Source: Haliotis cracherodii (taxonomy: Eukaryota). From it: DNA of 64,000 bases. Below are positions 13,801-26,235 of the stretch, one piece after another. The position numbers and the translations under genes are program-made. The notes below the pieces were generated by a model. That model ran no database searches and was not told the DNA's origin. It saw nothing but the letters and a program-made list of their open reading frames with translations. Location: assembly GCF_022045235.1 (NCBI RefSeq), contig NW_027266286.1, positions 57,164,001-57,228,000 of the forward strand. Direction: 5' to 3'. Within the stretch, counting starts at the first letter, position 1. Every line of letters begins with the position of its first letter.

Positions 13801-16800
13801 TATACCGAACTAAAATTAGTGGCCCATTTGAGTTCGATATAACCGTAGTTTACTGTATTTAGTTTATGTTTCGTGTTGCTCCAAGGTTAAAGTTCGGACA
13901 GCCGGTCAGGAAAAGCCGTTTATCGTGTAAACTTCAAATTAAAACATTATATGTAAATAACCAAAACGCGAACTTAAACTATACAGTTTGACCAAGAATC
14001 ATTTTAACTTCATGTTTAAAACCAGTGACCCAAATAACGGGTTAACACAAGGGCAGATATCATCGTTGTAAGAGATTATCATTAACTATTCAATTTTTAC
14101 TGTTTTGGCTGAAAAGTATTCCCAACATATATTAAGTCGACATAAACTGTTGAACACGGCTGCTTTTGATCAGGCAATTACGATCCGACTGATTATGTCA
14201 TAGATGGTGTTTCCGATACTATAACCCACCTTTTTCGCCTTGTCCAGACTCTTTCAACTGAAGGGGCTGTCGGGAAGCCTAGTGGTTAAAGCGTTCGCTC
14301 GTCACGCCGAGGACCCGGGTTCAAATCTCGACATGGGTACAATGTGTGATGCCCATTTCTGGTGCCCGCGGTGATATTGCTGGAATATTGCTAAAAGCGG
14401 CGTAAAAGAATACTCACTCACACTCACTATCAACTGGACTTAAATAGTTCTGACTGCGGCGTTACTCATCATCCACTCACCCACTTTGTAGTTTAGATAA
14501 CCGGTAATTTATTCCCCCCAGCTAGTAAAGATGAGGAAGTGCAGCTGACCTGTGGTCTACAACCTTCACCTACGACAACTAGCGCACCCCCAGGTATGTA
14601 ACACCGTCTAGATAGGACATGCAACATGGCCTACGGGGACATGTGGACAACATCATGACTATGTATAGCTGAATACCTGTGTCAGTCAAAGAAGCTGCCA
14701 GCCCATCCCGCCCGGAAGATAGGGCCCGCTGGAAACAGCCGCGCTCGTTATTTGCTTTAAACATACAGCAGTTTGTAGCATTTTTTTACTTGTTTATTGT
14801 GCATCTGCAGGGGCTAGGCATTTCTATTTTCAGTAAAAAAAACTCCAGACGTTACAAACTATATTAATATATCCTCGGAATCTCCTTTTTGTATTATGTT
14901 ATATTTTCTCTGTTTGATCCCTTTGTTGACGCTTGTAACTAAGGACGCTGTTGTTAAGGGGGGTACTTGTTTTCGAATTTCCTGATGGGATAAATATCAG
15001 AATAAAAGTCATAATTGTTTTTTTAAACATATATATGTCCCTGATGAGGCTGAAAATAATAATTTGTCCTCAGGTTTAAAAAGGAAAGATTTAAATCTTT
15101 CACTGTTTATGCAGGCTGTACTGAAATTAATGTGTTGCTTTAATAATAAAGTGTTTGGCCCCTGCTTAATTTTCAGTGAAGAAAAGTTCTATTTCTTGAA
15201 GTTATGGCTGAAAAATATATTGTGTCGCAACTAAACAACGTAAGCTACATGTCAAATAATTCTGATGGACTTACTTACCTCTAACGACCATTCTGAGAAA
15301 CACATGAAGATGAAGATGATGTTTAATCTTTAATCACTTGCTGGTATTGTTCCAGCCATGGTCGTCCCCAAAGAAAAGTGGCCCAACAACGTCCAGCCTA
15401 AAGTTATAGACCCACCTCAGCGTCAGCCGGAACACAGAAAAGGTAAAACCTAGGTTACGGCGTTGAATCTTCACGTGAAAGACGGAAGAGTAGCCTGGTG
15501 GTTAAAGCGGTGGCTCGTCTCATCGAGGGGCGGTGGGGTAGCCTGGTGATAAAAGTGGTGGCTCGTCACACAGAGGGGCGGTGGGGTAGCCTGGAGGTTA
15601 CAGCGGTGGCTCGTCACTCCGAGGGGCGGTGGGGTAGCCTGGTGATTAAAGAGGTGGCTCGTCACATTGAGGAGCGATGGGGTAGCCTGATGGTTAAAGC
15701 GGTGGCTCGTCACACCGAGGGGCGGTGGGGTAGCCTGGTGGTTAAAGCGGTGGCTCGTCACACCGAGGGGCGGTGGGGTAGCCTGGTGGTTAAAGAGGTG
15801 GCTCGTCACACCGAGGGGCGGTGGGGTAGCCTGATGGTTAAAGCGGTGGCTCGTCACACCGAGGGGCGGTGGGGTAGCCTGGTGGTTAAAGCGGTGGCTC
15901 GTCACAACGAGGGGCGATGGGGTAGCCTGGTGGTTAAAGCGGTGGCTCGTTACTCCGAGGGGCGGTGGGGTAGCCTGGTGGTTAAAGCGGTGGCTCGTCA
16001 CACCGAGGGGCGGTGGGGTAGCCTGGTGGTTAAAGCAGTGGCTCGTCACACCGAGGGGCGGTGGGGTAGCCTGGTGGTTAAAGCGGTGGCTCGTCACAAC
16101 GAGGGGCGGTGGGGTAGCCTGGTGGTTAAAGCGGTGGCTCGTTACTCCGAGGGGCGGTGGGGTAGCCTGGTGGTTAAAGCGGTGGCTCGTCACACCGAGG
16201 GGCGGTGGGGTAGCCTGGTGGTTAAAGCGGTGGCTCGTCACAACGAGGGGCGATGGGGTAGCCTGGTGGTTAAAGCGGTGGCTCGTTACTCCGAGGGGCG
16301 GTGGGGTAGCCTGGTGGTTAAAGCGGTGGCTCGTCACACCGAGGGGCGGTGGGGTAGCCTGGAGGTTAAAGCGGTGGCTCGTCACACCGAGGGGCGGTGG
16401 GGTAGCCTGGTGGTTAAAGCGGTGGCTCGTCACAACGAGGGGCGGTGGGGTAGCCTGGAGGTTAAAGCGGTGGCTCGTCACACCGAGGGGCGGTGGGGTA
16501 GCCTGGTGGTTAAAGTGGTGGCTCGTTACTCCGAGGGGCGATGGGGTAGCCTGGGGGTTATAGCGGTGGCTCGTCACAACGAGGGGCGGTGGGGTAGCCT
16601 GGTGGTTAAAGCGGTGGCTCGTCACATCGAGGGGCGGTGGGGTAGCCTGGGGGTTATAGCAGTGGCTCGTCACACAGTGGGGCGGTGGGGTAGCCTGGTG
16701 GTTAAAGCGGTGGCTCGTCACAACGAGGGGCGGTGGGGTAGCCTGGAGGTTAAAGCGGTGGCTCGTCACAACGAGGGGCGGTGGGGTAGCCTGGTGGTTA

Positions 16801-19192
16801 AAGCGGTGGCTCGTTACTCCGAGGGGCGGTGGGGTAGCCTGGAGGTTATAGCGGTGGCTCGTAACACCGAGGGGAGGTAGGATAGGCTGGTGGTTAAAGC
16901 GGTGGCTCGTCACTTCAGTGATAGATCATCTGTATCACTATTTAATAATCACATGTATAAAATGACCTGTATATAATGACCACTTGTATATTTATGTTTA
17001 TATATAATGGACACCGGTGTATTCTGACCAACTATTTATGTATGTGTTTCAGCTGTACCGACAGCAGTGGCGTTAGCATGCGGCATCATCGGCGGGGTGC
17101 TCATCATCGGCATAGGCGTCCTCATCGCACTGTGGATATACAGGTAACGTCTTCACACAGTCTTCGCGTTGGTAGCAGTCTGGCATCGAATGGCGTTTCA
17201 TTTCATGGTAACATGTCGTAACACGAGGACCTGTGCACAGCGCACAGATAACAAATCAGGTCAGGGAGAGTCCATTGTTGGGTGGACCGCCTCCGTGGTC
17301 TAGTGGTAGAGCGTCCGAAGAGCGGAAGAGCGGAAGGTCCGGAGTTCGATCCCCGGCCGCGTCAAACCAAAATATCTTAAAAGATTGTACTTGTTGTTAA
17401 ACTGTCTGGCGCTCGGCATTAAGGGGCTAAAACAAGTGGTCGGCACGGACTAGTACAAGCAGCCACACAGCCACACAGACGCACGCACGCACGCACACCC
17501 GCACGCCCGCACGCCCGCACGAACGCCCGCCCGCGTGCACGCGCGTCGCATGCACGCCCGTCGCTATACATGTATACGTACAATAATCCCCATTTAAACC
17601 CCATTTCACCTGACCTCACCCATTGCTTGGAAACCATGTCCGGCAGCGTGCCTCTTCGCAGTTTCCTTGGCTATGGTCCCGTCCCACACTGAAACACGTG
17701 TAGCACGTGGCGTTTCCTTGGGTGAGTGTCTTCGTTCGAAATATGCCTCTGTTTACCCAGCAGTGAATGGGCACCCGGTAGTATTAGATATTAGATGGTA
17801 ATGTGACTGTCTAGTGGAGTACTAAAATGGAATCTTGTAAAAAGATCATGTGAAATGGGGCTTAACGACGCGTTAAAGATTATTTCAGGTAAATTGCGAG
17901 GCGCGTACACGTGTGTTGTGCCCTTAAAACCGTGTGTGTAGTCCGGACTTTTAGCGGTTATAATGCTAGCCCAATCCATGCTGCAGTTTAACATGGACAC
18001 CCCTATGAAACACCATGTACTGACACTGCGCCGACCTGTCCGTGCTTTAAGATTTATTCCCTTGAAGCGAGCACAATCGTTCAACGTCTCTTGTGTGACG
18101 CGGCCAGGTAATCAAATCACCGATGTCGAATCTCTCCGGATTCTTGAAATGCAATAAACACAAGGACGTATTTTTAATTGCAATCGGAGTTGTGCCTTCT
18201 ATATGTCAATGCCATCGCAGCACTATCAAATATAAATAACACACTTTGTACTTATTCTAGAACTAGTGTGTGTAGTGTAGGGTATTCATTTATTCATGGT
18301 ATTTATTTATGTTTATAACATTGCTTTGAGCCTTTGTTATCCTGACACACGCCTGTTATAATTAATTTTATTTACTAGACGCCGACTTCAGAACGATAAG
18401 GCAACCAGCATCCATAACGACCCTTACCTCGAGGAGCATCTGTACGCCGACGTGGACGAGAGTGCAGCTAGACGGCGCGCGCAGTCGGTAACCATCGAGC
18501 CTCTCTATCACACAGTGGGCGTTCCTGGCGCAACGACGGACGTTTATTCCTCACCTTGGGACTCAAGGTCAGAGCTAAGGTTCAAGGACAACGATGGTTT
18601 TAAGAAAGATGACGACAGCGACGACCTTTCTGGCATGTATGTGACGTCAGAACAGGTTAGGAGAAATAAAAAGAATGGAATGGCGTGCGATGATGGCGGC
18701 ACGTCTGACGAATATGTATCCGTCAGTGAAATACGGAAGAAGAAGGAAAAAAAGGTTACCTTTAATAAGAATCTCGAGGAATATGACAGGCTGAACTATA
18801 GGAGAAAGACAAGCGTTGACGACATCCCATCTGGATACTCTCACCTGGGGATATGTATTAATGATCAGTTAGACGAGGAGCTTGATACGTCATTGAAGGA
18901 TCCTCCGACGGTTGAGAAGGATCAGGAGAATATCGAAAAGAACACAGAGGATCTGGTGGAGAAGGAGACGAGTTTTATTGAAGAAGTGGAGAAGAAAGAC
19001 ACGCTAACTGTGGAAGGAAATGACGACGACGGGGACAGCACCCAAGCCAGAGCCAGTGACGACGACTCAGGGTTGTCGACTGACGAGGAGAAAGAAGGGG
19101 AGACAACTCTGTCAGTTCCAGTTACCACTGCTAGAGATCGCCCGCCCTCGCCCTCACCGTATGCTCTTGCTAAGTCTTTTAGCACAGAATGA
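10855..19192 (+). CDS. Type-I transmembrane receptor: signal peptide, SUEL/rhamnose-binding lectin-like domain, second Cys-containing ectodomain, stalk, TM, Tyr-rich acidic cytoplasmic tail
   Basis: Exons 10855-10903 (MNIFYVLFIFWIYIFL), 11915-12292 (C.G...L..CP...IAIREALYG...CSGNKQC...IDYVCV), 12913-13299, 14522-14593, 15356-15442, 17053-17143 (TM AVALACGIIGGVLIIGIGVLIALWIY) and 18379-19192. All GT-AG, phases 1,1,1,1,1,2, and the spliced frame is open. Confidence 0.85.
12326..12402 (+). mobile_element. SINE family A, 3'-truncated
   Basis: GTAGCCTAGTGGTTAAAGCGGTCGCTCGTCACGCCGAAGACCCGGGTTCGATT head only. Confidence 0.7.
13680..13855. mobile_element. Short MITE (CAGTA...TACTG, TA-flanked)
   Basis: Imperfect TIRs with internal TATAACGAAC repeats. 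Second copy at ~52644-52792. Confidence 0.75.
14263..14426 (+). mobile_element. SINE family A, full length
   Basis: tRNA-like head with A/B box, conserved tail, TSD TCAACTG. Confidence 0.85.
15480..16914 (+). repeat. 48-bp minisatellite (~30 copies) derived from the SINE family A tRNA head; intronic
   Basis: Unit GGGGCGGTGGGGTAGCCTGGTGGTTAAAGCGGTGGCTCGTCACACCGA. 16-aa periodicity in both long ORFs. Confidence 0.95.
17287..17620 (+). mobile_element. SINE family B with internal deletion and (GCAC/GCCC)n expansion
   Basis: CCGCCTCCGTGGTCTAGTGGTAGAGCG head, body and ATTTCACCT tail. Confidence 0.8.
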
Positions 19193-20827
19193 ATCCTATT
19201 TAACTCGATAACTTAATCAAATGATCATTTTCAACGGTTGGTCATTCGCATAATAATGCGCAACTAGTCAGTATTTAGGACATTGATTCGTAGAATTGAG
19301 TCTTAGTTGTGTCATCATTTGGAAAGACGAGAACACGTTTCTTGACACTTAAATGAAAAAAAAAACCACCATAAAAGGACGCAATGATCTCAGGCTGTTA
19401 TTTTCTTATGAATGCACGTGTTTGCTCACATACTGTAAAACACATGCGTTTTCACTTTACAAACTGTTGCCCAATAACTTCATAAATATGTTTCTTAGTC
19501 ATATGCACGGCAAGATTAGAGCCGAATGTCGACAGATTTTATAATCGTATTGTTTTCTATGGTATTTCATAAGTTTCTAATGAAAGTGATGAATACAAGG
19601 AGAAGGAGACAGAATCTTGCTTGCCCCTATGTGTAACTACACTACCGGACAAAAGAAAGTATGCACTCGTGGTTGAATGTTATTAGATGGTGATGTATTT
19701 TGTACGGTTATACTTTGGACCTTAAGTCTGCAGTGTTTCGGCGACTGTTAACAGTCTAGAAACGTTTTGATAACGTTTGTAATTATTTATTCACATCTAA
19801 TTATCATGCGTATACTTTCTTTTCCCCGGCAGTTTATGATTGCACAGGTTTAATCTTTTACCAAACTTGGGTTGGAGATGGATTGTATTTCTATAAATGC
19901 TCAATGGATTTAACCATCATGGCTTTTTTGTTACACGTTATTGTACACAGTTGTTTCTGGGTGGTTCAGTAAACACTCACAGATATTTAGAAGCCATTGT
20001 GATGTCAAAACGTCAGCTAAAACAATGGCTTCGTGGTCTTGGCCTCAATGAGGCAGTGGATCACCTTACAATATATATATATATTTACGATTTGGGAGGT
20101 AACCTATTCACACTGTGCTTATAATCATTAGAAAAACAAACAGGTTTGCTATAGTTATATTTTCAGCAGATCGTGAGGGAGAAATGAGATACGCATATTG
20201 AGGCATGATTAATATATAAAACAATATATAGTTCACGGACCCGCCTGTCTCTCGTGTTCATCCGAGTATTTACTTTTTAGCTACTTTAATGAATTTATTT
20301 CTTTCAGCATCAAACTTTATTTTACTGTTGTGTTTTTGTCTGCACGTATAAGGTATATGTCATATATTTTCATTATTTTTTAGTAATAATGTATCTATAT
20401 GTAAATATATATCATGTAAAGCACCCTCGTTGTTTTGTTTTTGTTTCTTAATTATGAGTCTATAGTGGAGCTGAGGTCTTCACTATGGCTGCTGTGTGCT
20501 GTGTTGGAGTGTGTGGGTTGGGTTTATTACGCCGCTTTGAACTGCATTCCAGTTATATCACTGTGTGTCAGATTTATGTGGGACGAAAGTGATGCGATGT
20601 GATGTTTACGCATGACATCTGTCATACGTAACTGAAACGACCATAAAATATTCTCAGACATTTGATTCCCTAAAACATAAATGGTTTCCAAACGCGTTTC
20701 TACCCAGATCTCGGTTCATATCACATGTATCTTGACCTCGATTCTAATTCATGTTTGGCATCATGAGCAATAATTAATAATTTAAATAATTTTAAAATGG
20801 CAAAATCTTGTGTTATTCACCGACACT

Positions 20828-21109
20828 TAGTGAGTGAGTGAGTTGGGTTTAACGCCGCTTTTAACAGTATTCCAGTTATATCACGGCGAGTCAGCTTAAT
20901 GTGGGAGGAAAGCCCGAAGTGATGCAGGTCTAAGACATTTACCGCTTCGGTGAAACCCACGAGCACGGGTATGGTGCTGACAAACCTAGAAACATAATCG
21001 GGGCGAACCGGGATTCGAACCCACAATCATAGGTTTCTGGCGTGTCCAAGGGACGCAACTCTGCACAGCGAATCGCGGCGCCTTAGACGACAGGGCCACC
21101 CGTGCCCCC
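20828..21109 (-). mobile_element. SINE family D (tRNA-like head with long A-B spacer, V-domain-like body)
   Basis: 11-bp TSD TCACCGACACT (20817-20827 / 21110-21120), GGTTCGAATCC B-box, GTGGGTTTC..CGGGCTTTCCTCCCACA body, (CACT)n tail. Second copy at ~54477-54745 (-), fragment at ~43060-43260 (+). Confidence 0.82.
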
Positions 21110-21549
21110 TCACCGACACTCAGATATCTCAGACACTTACAAGAGGGTATAATATATAATGACTTTTCGTAAAATCTGTGTATTGCATACTATTAAGTAA
21201 CTCAATATAGTGCAAGAGAATTTTATTAACGGGAATAGCATTGGTATAATTATACATAATGTGGTAGCAATATGTACATTATCAGAAATAGTAACGTTAA
21301 AACACTTTGAGAAACACGTTTGCGTTGACTCTGGTTTCATCAATATTCAGCTATGTAAGGACAGCACGAAGTGAGTCATGCTGCAGACGTTGTCAACATG
21401 TGTGGTGCTGACAAACAAACTTCACGATCATCAATCACAGAGAATAATTTATTCGAACCCACGATCAGCGGGACTCTGCTCGGCTACTTGAGAGGCCTGG
21501 GGCATATTGTCTGTAGAAACAAAGTGTACACATGTTTAAAATACCCATA

Positions 21550-24500
21550 TTGACATGGTGTACATGTTGCATTGTCATTGTGTACTTGTTGGATTGCCAT
21601 AGTGTACATGTTTCATTGCGAAAGTGTCATGATATATTGCCATAGTGTACATGTTGGATTGCCGTAGTTTACATGTTGGATTGCCATAGTGTACATGTTG
21701 GATTGCCATTGTGTACATGTTGGATTGTCGTACTGTACATGTTGGATTGCCGTAGTGTATATGTTGGATTGCCATTGTCTATATGTTGGATTGCCATTGT
21801 GTACATGTTGGATTGCCATAGTGTACATGTTGGATTGCCATTGTGTACATGATGGATTGCCATTGCGAACATGATGGATTGCCATAGTGTACATGTTGGA
21901 TTGCCGTAGTGTACTTGTTGGATTGCAATAGTATACATGTTGGATTGCCATAGTGAACGTAATGGATTGCCATAGTGTACATGTTGGATTGCCATAGTGT
22001 ACATGTTGAATTGCCATAGTGTACAAGCTGGATTACCATAGTGTACATGATGGATTGCCATTGCGAACATGTTGGATTGCCACAGCGAACATGTTGGATT
22101 GCCACAGTGTACATGTTGGATTGTCATAGTGTACATGTTGGATTGCCATTGTATAAATGTTCGATGACGATAGTGAACATGTTGGATTGCCACAGTGAAC
22201 ATGATATATTGCCATAGTGTACATGTTGGATTGTCATAGTGTACATGATATATTGCCATAGTGTACATGTTGGATTGTCATAGTGTACATGATATATTGC
22301 CATAGTGTACATGTTGGATTGCCATAGTGTAAATGTTGGATTGCCATAGTGTACATGTTGGATTGCCATAGTGTAAATGTTGGATTGCCATAGTGTACAT
22401 GTTGGGTTGCCGTACTGTACATGTTGGATTGCCGTAGTGTATATGTTGGATTGCCATTGTGTATATGTTGGATTGCCATAGTGTACATGTTGGATTGCCG
22501 TAGTGAACAAGATGGATTGCCGTAGTGTACATGTTGGATTGCCATAGTGTACATGTTGGATTGCCATAGTGTACATGTTGGATTGCCATAGTGTACATGT
22601 TGGATTGCCATTGTGTACATGTTGGGCTGTCATTGTATAAATGTTCGATGACGTTAGTGAACATGTTGGATTGCCACAGTGAATATGTTGGAGTGCCATA
22701 GTGTACATGTTGGATTGCCATTGTGTACATGTTGGATTGTCATAGTGTACATGATATATTGCCATAGTGTAAATGTTGGATTGCCACAGTGTAAATGTTG
22801 GATTGCCATAGTGTACATGTTGGATTGCCATTGTGTACATGTTGGGCTGTCATTGTATAAATGTTCGATGACGTTAGTGAACATGTTGGATTGCCACAGT
22901 GAATATGTTGGAGTGCCATAGTGTACATGTTGGATTGCCATTGTGTACATGTTGGATTGTCATAGTGTACATGATATATTGCCATAGTGTAAATGTTGGA
23001 TTGCCACAGTGTAAATGTTGGATTGCCACAGTGAACATGTTCGATGACCTTAGTGAACATGTTGGATTACAACAGCGAATATGTTGGATTGCCATAGTGT
23101 ACATGTTGGATTGCCATTGTGTACATGTTGGATTGTCATAGTGTACATGATATATTGCCATAGTGTAAATGTTGGATTGCCACAGTGTAAATGTTGGATT
23201 GCCACAGTGAACATGTTCGATGACCTTAGTGAACATGTTGGATTACAACAGCGAATATGTTGGATTGCCATAGTGTACATGTTGGATTGCCATGGTGTAC
23301 ATGTTGGATTGCCATAGTGTACATGTTTGGCTGTCATTGTATAAATGTTCGATGACGTTAGTGAAGATGTTGGATTGCCACAGTGAACATGTCGGATTGC
23401 CAGAGCGTACATTTTGGATTGTCATAGTGTACATGATATATTGCCATAGTGTACATGTTGGATTGCCATAGTGTAAATGTTGGATTGCCGTAGTGTACAT
23501 GTTGGATTACCAGAATGTAAATGTTGGATTGCCATAGTGTACATGTTGGATTGCCGTAGTGTACATGATGGATTGCCATAGTGTACATGATATATTGCCA
23601 TAGTGTACATGTTGGATTGCCGGAGTGTACATGATGGATTGCCGTAGTGTACATGTTGGATTGCCATAGTGTACATGTTGGATTGCCATTGTGTACATGT
23701 TGGATTACCGTAGTGTACATGTTGGATTGCCGTAGTGTATATGTTGGATTGCCATTGTGTATATGTTGGATTGCCATAGTGTACATGTTGGATTGCCGTA
23801 GTGTATATGTTGGATTGCCATTGTGTATATGTTGGATTGCCATAGTGTACATGATGGATTGCCATAGTGTACATGTTGGATTGCCATAGTGTACATGTTG
23901 GATTGCCATAGTGTACATGTTGGATTGCCATTGTGTACATGATGGATTGCCATTGCCAACATGTTGGATTGCCATAGTGTATATATTGGATTGTCATAGT
24001 GTACATGATGGATTGCCATAGTGTTCATGATGGATTGCCATAGTGTACATGTTGGATTGCCGTAGTGTACTTGTTGGATTGCCATAGTGAACGTAATGGA
24101 TTGCCATAGTGTACATGTTGGATTGCAATAGTATACTTGTTGCATTGCCATAGTGAACGTAATGGATTGCCATAGTGTACATGTTGGATTGCCATAGTGT
24201 ACATGTTGGATTGCCATAGTGTACAAGCTGGATTACCATAGTGTACATGATGGATTGCCATTGCAAACATGTTGGATTGCCACAGCGAACATGTTGGATT
24301 GCCACAGTGTACATGTTGGATTGCCATTGTGTACATGTTGGGCTGTCATAGTATAAATGTTCGATGACGTTAGTGAACATGTTGGATTGCCACAGTGAAC
24401 ATGTTGGATTGCCATTGCGAAAATGTTGGATTGCCACAGCGAACATGTTGGATTGTCACAGTGTACATGTTGGATTGCCACAGTGTACATGTTGGGCTGT

Positions 24501-25860
24501 CATTGTATAAATGTTCGATGACGTTAGTGAACATGTTGGATTGCCACAGTGAATATGTTGGATTGCCATAGTGTACATGTTGGATTGCCATTGTGTACAT
24601 GTTGGATTGTCATAGTGTACATGATATATTGCCATAGTGTACATTTTGGATTGCCACAGTGTAAATGTTGGATTGCCACAGTGAACATGTTCGATGACCT
24701 TAGTGAACATGTTGGATTACAACAGCGAATATGTTGGATTGCCATAGTGTACATGTTGGATTGCCATGGTGTACATGTTGGATTGCCATAGTGTACATGT
24801 TTGGCTGTCATTGTATAAATGTTCGATGACGTTAGTGAACATGTTGGATTGCCACAGTGAACATGTCGGATTGCCAGAGCGTACATTTTGGATTGTCATA
24901 GTGTACATGATATGTTGCCATAGTGTACATGTTGGATTGCCACAGTGTACATGTTGGATTGCCACAGTGTACATGTTGGGCTGTCATTGTATAAATGTTC
25001 GATGACGTTAGTGAACATGTTGGATTGCCACAGTGAATATGTTGGATTGCCATAGTGTACATGTTGGATTGCCATTGTGTACATGTTGGATTGTCATAGT
25101 GTACATGATATATTGCCATAGTGTAAATGTCGGATTGCCACAGTGTAAATGTTGGATTGCCACAGTGAACATGTTCGATGACCTTAGTGAACATGTTGGA
25201 TTACAACAGCGAATATGTTGGATTGCCATAGTGTACATGTTGGATTGCCATGGTGTACATGTTGGATTGCCATAGTGTACATGTTTGGCTGTCATTGTAT
25301 AAATGTTCGATGACGTTAGTGAACATGTTGGATTGCCACAGTGAACATGTGGGATTGCCAGAGCGTACATTTTGGATTGTCATAGTGTACATGATATGTT
25401 GCCATAGTGTACATGTTGGATTGTCATAGTGTACATGATATATTGCCATAGTGTACATGATATATTGCCATAGTGTACATGATATATTGCCATAGTGTAA
25501 ATGTTGGATTGCCATAGTGTAAATGTTGGATTGCCATAGTGTACATGTTGAATTGCCATAGTGTACATGTTGGATTGCCGTAGTGTACGTGATGGATTGC
25601 CATAGTGTACATGTTGGATTGCCATAGTGTACATGTTGGATTGCCATAGTGTACATGTTGGATTGCCATAGTGTACATGATGGATTGCCATAGTGTACAT
25701 TTTGGATTGCCACAGTGTACATGTTGGATTGCCATAGTTTACATGTTGGATTGCCATTGTGAACATGATGGATTGCCATAGTGTACATGTTTGATTGCCA
25801 TAGTTCAATGTTTGCTTGCCACAGAGTATATGATGGATAGCCGCAGTGTACATATTGTCC
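21550..25860. repeat. 22-bp satellite array (~190-195 monomers) with higher-order repeats
   Basis: Consensus GCCATAGTGTACATGTTGGATT. Variant blocks recur at offsets of 176, 220, 484 and 1474 bp, all multiples of 22. Confidence 0.97.
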
Positions 25861-26235
25861 TCATCATAGTCAATATGGACATCGCTAGATCTGCTATTAC
25901 TACTTTTCCAGAGCCAGTTTTTGGTCATGATGCATCTTACATCCAGCATTGTAGCAATTGTGTTGCAGTGGCCGTTCTGCTACAGGGGAGTCTTATATTA
26001 AAGCTTGAATCAGAGAAGGTAAACAACGTTCACACCTTGACCACCTCAGGTACAACTCAGCGTTTGGGTTATGGATAGCTTTTCATAATCTATCACGCCA
26101 ATGATTTCACGAATGACACCATACGCTGGAAGTGCGGAATTGAACTCGGGCATATGGGCTGTTGAGAGAACGGGTGTATACAACATGGGTGTATATTCAT
26201 GTATGTTTCTTCAGATATTTGCCTTTAAATCGCCC

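Noticed and set aside
15040-15056. CTGATGAGGCTGAAA as a hammerhead core
   Set aside because: No convincing stems I-III around it.
15471-16913. 480-aa and 460-aa repetitive ORFs on both strands
   Set aside because: By-product of a stop-free 48-bp SINE-derived repeat inside an intron. Read-through from the upstream exon hits TAG immediately.
21575-25949. Dozens of His/Cys-rich ORFs, and a superficial CRISPR-like appearance
   Set aside because: 22-bp satellite with no unique spacers and no cas genes, in a eukaryotic context.
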